In this document: positions 61,773 through 64,000 of the stretch, piece by piece
Layout: each line of letters opens with the position of its first letter
How positions within the stretch are numbered: position 1 is the stretch's first letter
Notes under the pieces: model-generated
What the model was told of the DNA's origin: nothing
Seen by the model: only the letters and a program-made list of their open reading frames with translations
The model's database searches: none
Program-made: the position numbers and the translations under genes
Assembly (NCBI GenBank): GCA_965263065.1
Contig: CBDHGH010000003.1
Coordinates: 1,727,153-1,791,152, forward strand
DNA length: 64,000 nucleotides
Source of the DNA: Dehalococcoidia bacterium
GTDB taxonomy: Bacteria; Chloroflexota; Dehalococcoidia; Bin125
Direction: 5' to 3'

Positions 61773-62513
61773 CTATCCCCCCCAGCCGCCGCTCAGCGAG
61801 AAGAACTGCCCCGTCTGGAAGCGATTGACGCCGTCCAGCAGCGCCGCGCAGAAGTGCGCCACCTCCTCGGGACGCCCCAGCCGGCGGATCGGCACCCGCG
61901 ACTCGATCTTCGCGCGGATGACCGGGTCGTCCGCGCCGGTGGCCGCCCGGTAGCCCGGGTAGTCCAGGTGGTTCGTCCCGATGGCGTTGACCGTCACCCC
62001 CTGCTTCGCGACCCGCAGCGCCGCGTTGCGCACCAGCATGTTGGCCGCCGCCCGCGTCGCGCTGTACAGAGCCGCCCCCGGTGTCGGGCTGGCCCCGCTG
62101 GCGCTCGTCACGATCACCACCTGCCCGCCGCCCCGCTCGACCATCACCGGCAGCAGCGCCTGCAGCGCGTGCAGCGTCGACTCGACGTTCAGCGCCGTCA
62201 GCTGCCGCAGATCCTCGACGCTGGCTTGGAAGATGTCGCCCGTGATGATCCGCCCCGTGCGGATGCAGGCCGCGTCGAGCCGGCCGAAGCGCGACAGCGC
62301 CGCATCGATCAGCGCCGGGACCGTCTCCGGCCGCGTCAGGTCCGCCGTCCCGGTTACCGCTTCCACGCTCGCGCCCCCCGCGACGAGCTCCTCGACCAGG
62401 CCCTCGGCCGGCTCGCTTAGCACCAGGTCGTGCTCGCGCGCCGCCAGCGTGCGCGCCAGATCGGGCCCCAGGTGCGTATTGGCGTCGGCGATGATCGCGA
62501 CTCGTCGGGACAT
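61773..62513 (-). CDS. SDR-family oxidoreductase
   Basis: 246 aa. YSATRAAANML active-site region. Atypical N-terminal glycine motif (VAIIADANTHLG). Confidence 0.7.
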   Translation of the reverse strand: MSRRVAIIADANTHLGPDLARTLAAREHDLVLSEPAEGLVEELVAGGASVEAVTGTADLTRPETVPALIDAALSRFGRLDAACIRTGRIITGDIFQASVEDLRQLTALNVESTLHALQALLPVMVERGGGQVVIVTSASGASPTPGAALYSATRAAANMLVRNAALRVAKQGVTVNAIGTNHLDYPGYRAATGADDPVIRAKIESRVPIRRLGRPEEVAHFCAALLDGVNRFQTGQFFSLSGGWGG

Positions 62514-62595
62514 GTCGGCTCCTCCCCCGCTCGCGCGCCAGCGTATGCCAGCGGTCGCCGCCGCCCCAGCCCGGGGCGTTGTCTTCAGCAGCCTG

Positions 62596-64000
62596 CTAGG
62601 GGCGGTACGTGGGCCCGACGCCGGGCCCGAGCTGCGTCTTGATCACGCCCTGCGCCATGTCCACGAAGTCGCAGAGCAGGGACCGCGTGTCGCGTGGGTC
62701 GATCAGGTCCATTCCGCTGGCCTCGGCGGTGCGGAAGGGTGAGGTGAGCTGGCGGAGCCCGTCCTCGATCTCGGCGCGCTTCGCGTCGGGATCGGGCGCC
62801 TCGGCGATGACGCGCCGGAAGGCGGCGTCGGTGCCGCCCTCGATGTGCATCGACCCCCAGCGTCCCGAGACCCAGGCGTAGCGGCGATACAGGTGCGGCC
62901 CCGCGCGGTACTGGATCCCGCCGGCCAGGCCGAAGGTCCGCCGCAGGATGATCGAAATCCAGGGCATGGTGCTCTGCAGGATCGCGTGCATCAGGCGCGC
63001 GCCGGCCCGCTCGACGCCCTGCTTCTCCGACTCCACGCCCACCTGGAAGCCCGGCTCGTCGAGCAGGATCACCACGGGGATGTGGAACGTGTCGCAGAGC
63101 TGCACCAGGCGGGTCGACTTCTCGGCCGCCGCCGTGTCCATCGAGCCGCCCTTGTACTTGGGGTTGCTCGTGATCACGCCGATCGGGTAGCCGTGCGTGC
63201 GCGCCAGCCCAATGACCCGCGAGCGCCCGTAGCCGGGCGCGATCTCGAAGAACGACCCCGCGTCGAACACGCCGGCGATCATCACGTAGGGGTCGTAGAC
63301 CTTGCGGATGTCGCGCGGCACGAGCGAGAGCAGGCGCTCGTCGCGGCGGTTCGGGTCGTCCGACGTGTCGCCGCGCGGGGGCATCTGCCAGACGTTGTCG
63401 GGCAGGTAGCTGAGGAAGCGCTTGGCCTGCTCGATCGCGTCGGCCTCGCTCTCCGCCGCGTTATCGACGACGCCGCTCCCGCGGGTGTGGATGCGCCAGC
63501 CGCCCAGGTCCTCCTTGTCGATCTCGATGCCCAGCGCCGCCTTGACGACCGGCGGCCCGCCGGGGAAGACCTGCCCCGTGCCCTTGGACATGACGCTGAA
63601 GTGGGCCAGGGGCGGCAGGGGCGCCGCGCCGCCCGCCGCCGGCCCCAGCACGACCGACACCACCGGCGCCAGGCTGAGCTGGTTCGAGACGCTTTCGGAG
63701 TACTCGGGGCCGTCGGGGATGTAGGTGCGGCCCAGCTCGTTGTACTCGTTCACGCTGCCCCCGGCGGTGTCGATCAGGAAGACCGCCGGCAGCCGCAACT
63801 CCAACGCGTCGGGGTGCCCGTGGCCGATGTCCACGCCGCCGTCGTCGTCGTTGCCGCTGGCGCCGCGCACCGAGAAGTCCGTCGCCTGCAGCCAGACGCG
63901 GCGCCCGTTGACCTTCGCGACGCCCCGCAGCCGGCTGCCGGGCGTGAACGCGGTCAGGGCGCCGTCGGCGTCGTACTGGGCGTGTCCGGCCAGCTTGCCC
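62596..64000 (-). CDS. acyl-CoA carboxylase carboxyltransferase (beta) subunit; N-terminus beyond the right edge
   Basis: The frame is open to position 64000 (GKLAGHAQYDADG...). Carboxyl_trans-like sequence ...VFLIDTAGG...GPAAGGAA...GGSMDTAAAEKSTRLVQLCDTFHIPVV. Confidence 0.8.
   Translation of the reverse strand, partial: GKLAGHAQYDADGALTAFTPGSRLRGVAKVNGRRVWLQATDFSVRGASGNDDDGGVDIGHGHPDALELRLPAVFLIDTAGGSVNEYNELGRTYIPDGPEYSESVSNQLSLAPVVSVVLGPAAGGAAPLPPLAHFSVMSKGTGQVFPGGPPVVKAALGIEIDKEDLGGWRIHTRGSGVVDNAAESEADAIEQAKRFLSYLPDNVWQMPPRGDTSDDPNRRDERLLSLVPRDIRKVYDPYVMIAGVFDAGSFFEIAPGYGRSRVIGLARTHGYPIGVITSNPKYKGGSMDTAAAEKSTRLVQLCDTFHIPVVILLDEPGFQVGVESEKQGVERAGARLMHAILQSTMPWISIILRRTFGLAGGIQYRAGPHLYRRYAWVSGRWGSMHIEGGTDAAFRRVIAEAPDPDAKRAEIEDGLRQLTSPFRTAEASGMDLIDPRDTRSLLCDFVDMAQGVIKTQLGPGVGPTYRP

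Overview
This is a very GC-rich bacterial chromosome segment, about 70% GC by eye (not computed). The taxon cannot be determined from the sequence alone. Ala/Glu-linker lipoproteins, an F420-type LLM oxidoreductase and PaREP1-like genes hint at a Chloroflexota, Actinomycetota or Deinococcota-like organism, but this is unverified.

The left third (1-18.6 kb, minus strand) is an HK97-type siphovirus-like head-tail-lysis cluster. It encodes terS, terL, portal, prohead protease, capsid, connectors, major tail protein, a G/GT chaperone with a canonical -1 slippery heptamer, a very short tape-measure candidate, a frameshifted Dit, tail proteins, a holin-like protein and an amidase. No integrase or replication genes are in view.

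The cluster is split between terL and portal by a roughly 4.9 kb, partly lower-GC accessory island. The island carries an XRE/ImmA pair linked by TTGCGCAA palindromes to a DUF3892 plus 39-aa microprotein operon. It also carries HEPN-like and PaREP1-like genes and two toxin-antitoxin-like cassettes that share a duplicated partner gene. I consider this island the best candidate for an undescribed system.

The rest of the window is mostly metabolism and transport:
- acyl-CoA dehydrogenase, acyl-CoA synthetase and CoA-transferase
- two ketopantoate-reductase-family genes
- a thiamine-type ABC importer under a TPP riboswitch
- a peptide-type ABC importer with two tandem PhyH dioxygenases and no ATPase genes
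- an MFS transporter, SDRs and a carboxyltransferase

This background is punctuated by small islets:
- a second XRE/ImmA pair
- a degenerate BY-kinase-like gene divergent from a 1219-aa subtilase-like protein
- a beta-class MTase plus candidate REase
- a DUF5678-like plus retropepsin-like pair
- a DUF433 plus DUF5615-like pair

I recognised no rRNA, tRNA, CRISPR array, transposase or integrase. All family assignments come from by-eye motif recognition and need HMM or BLAST confirmation.
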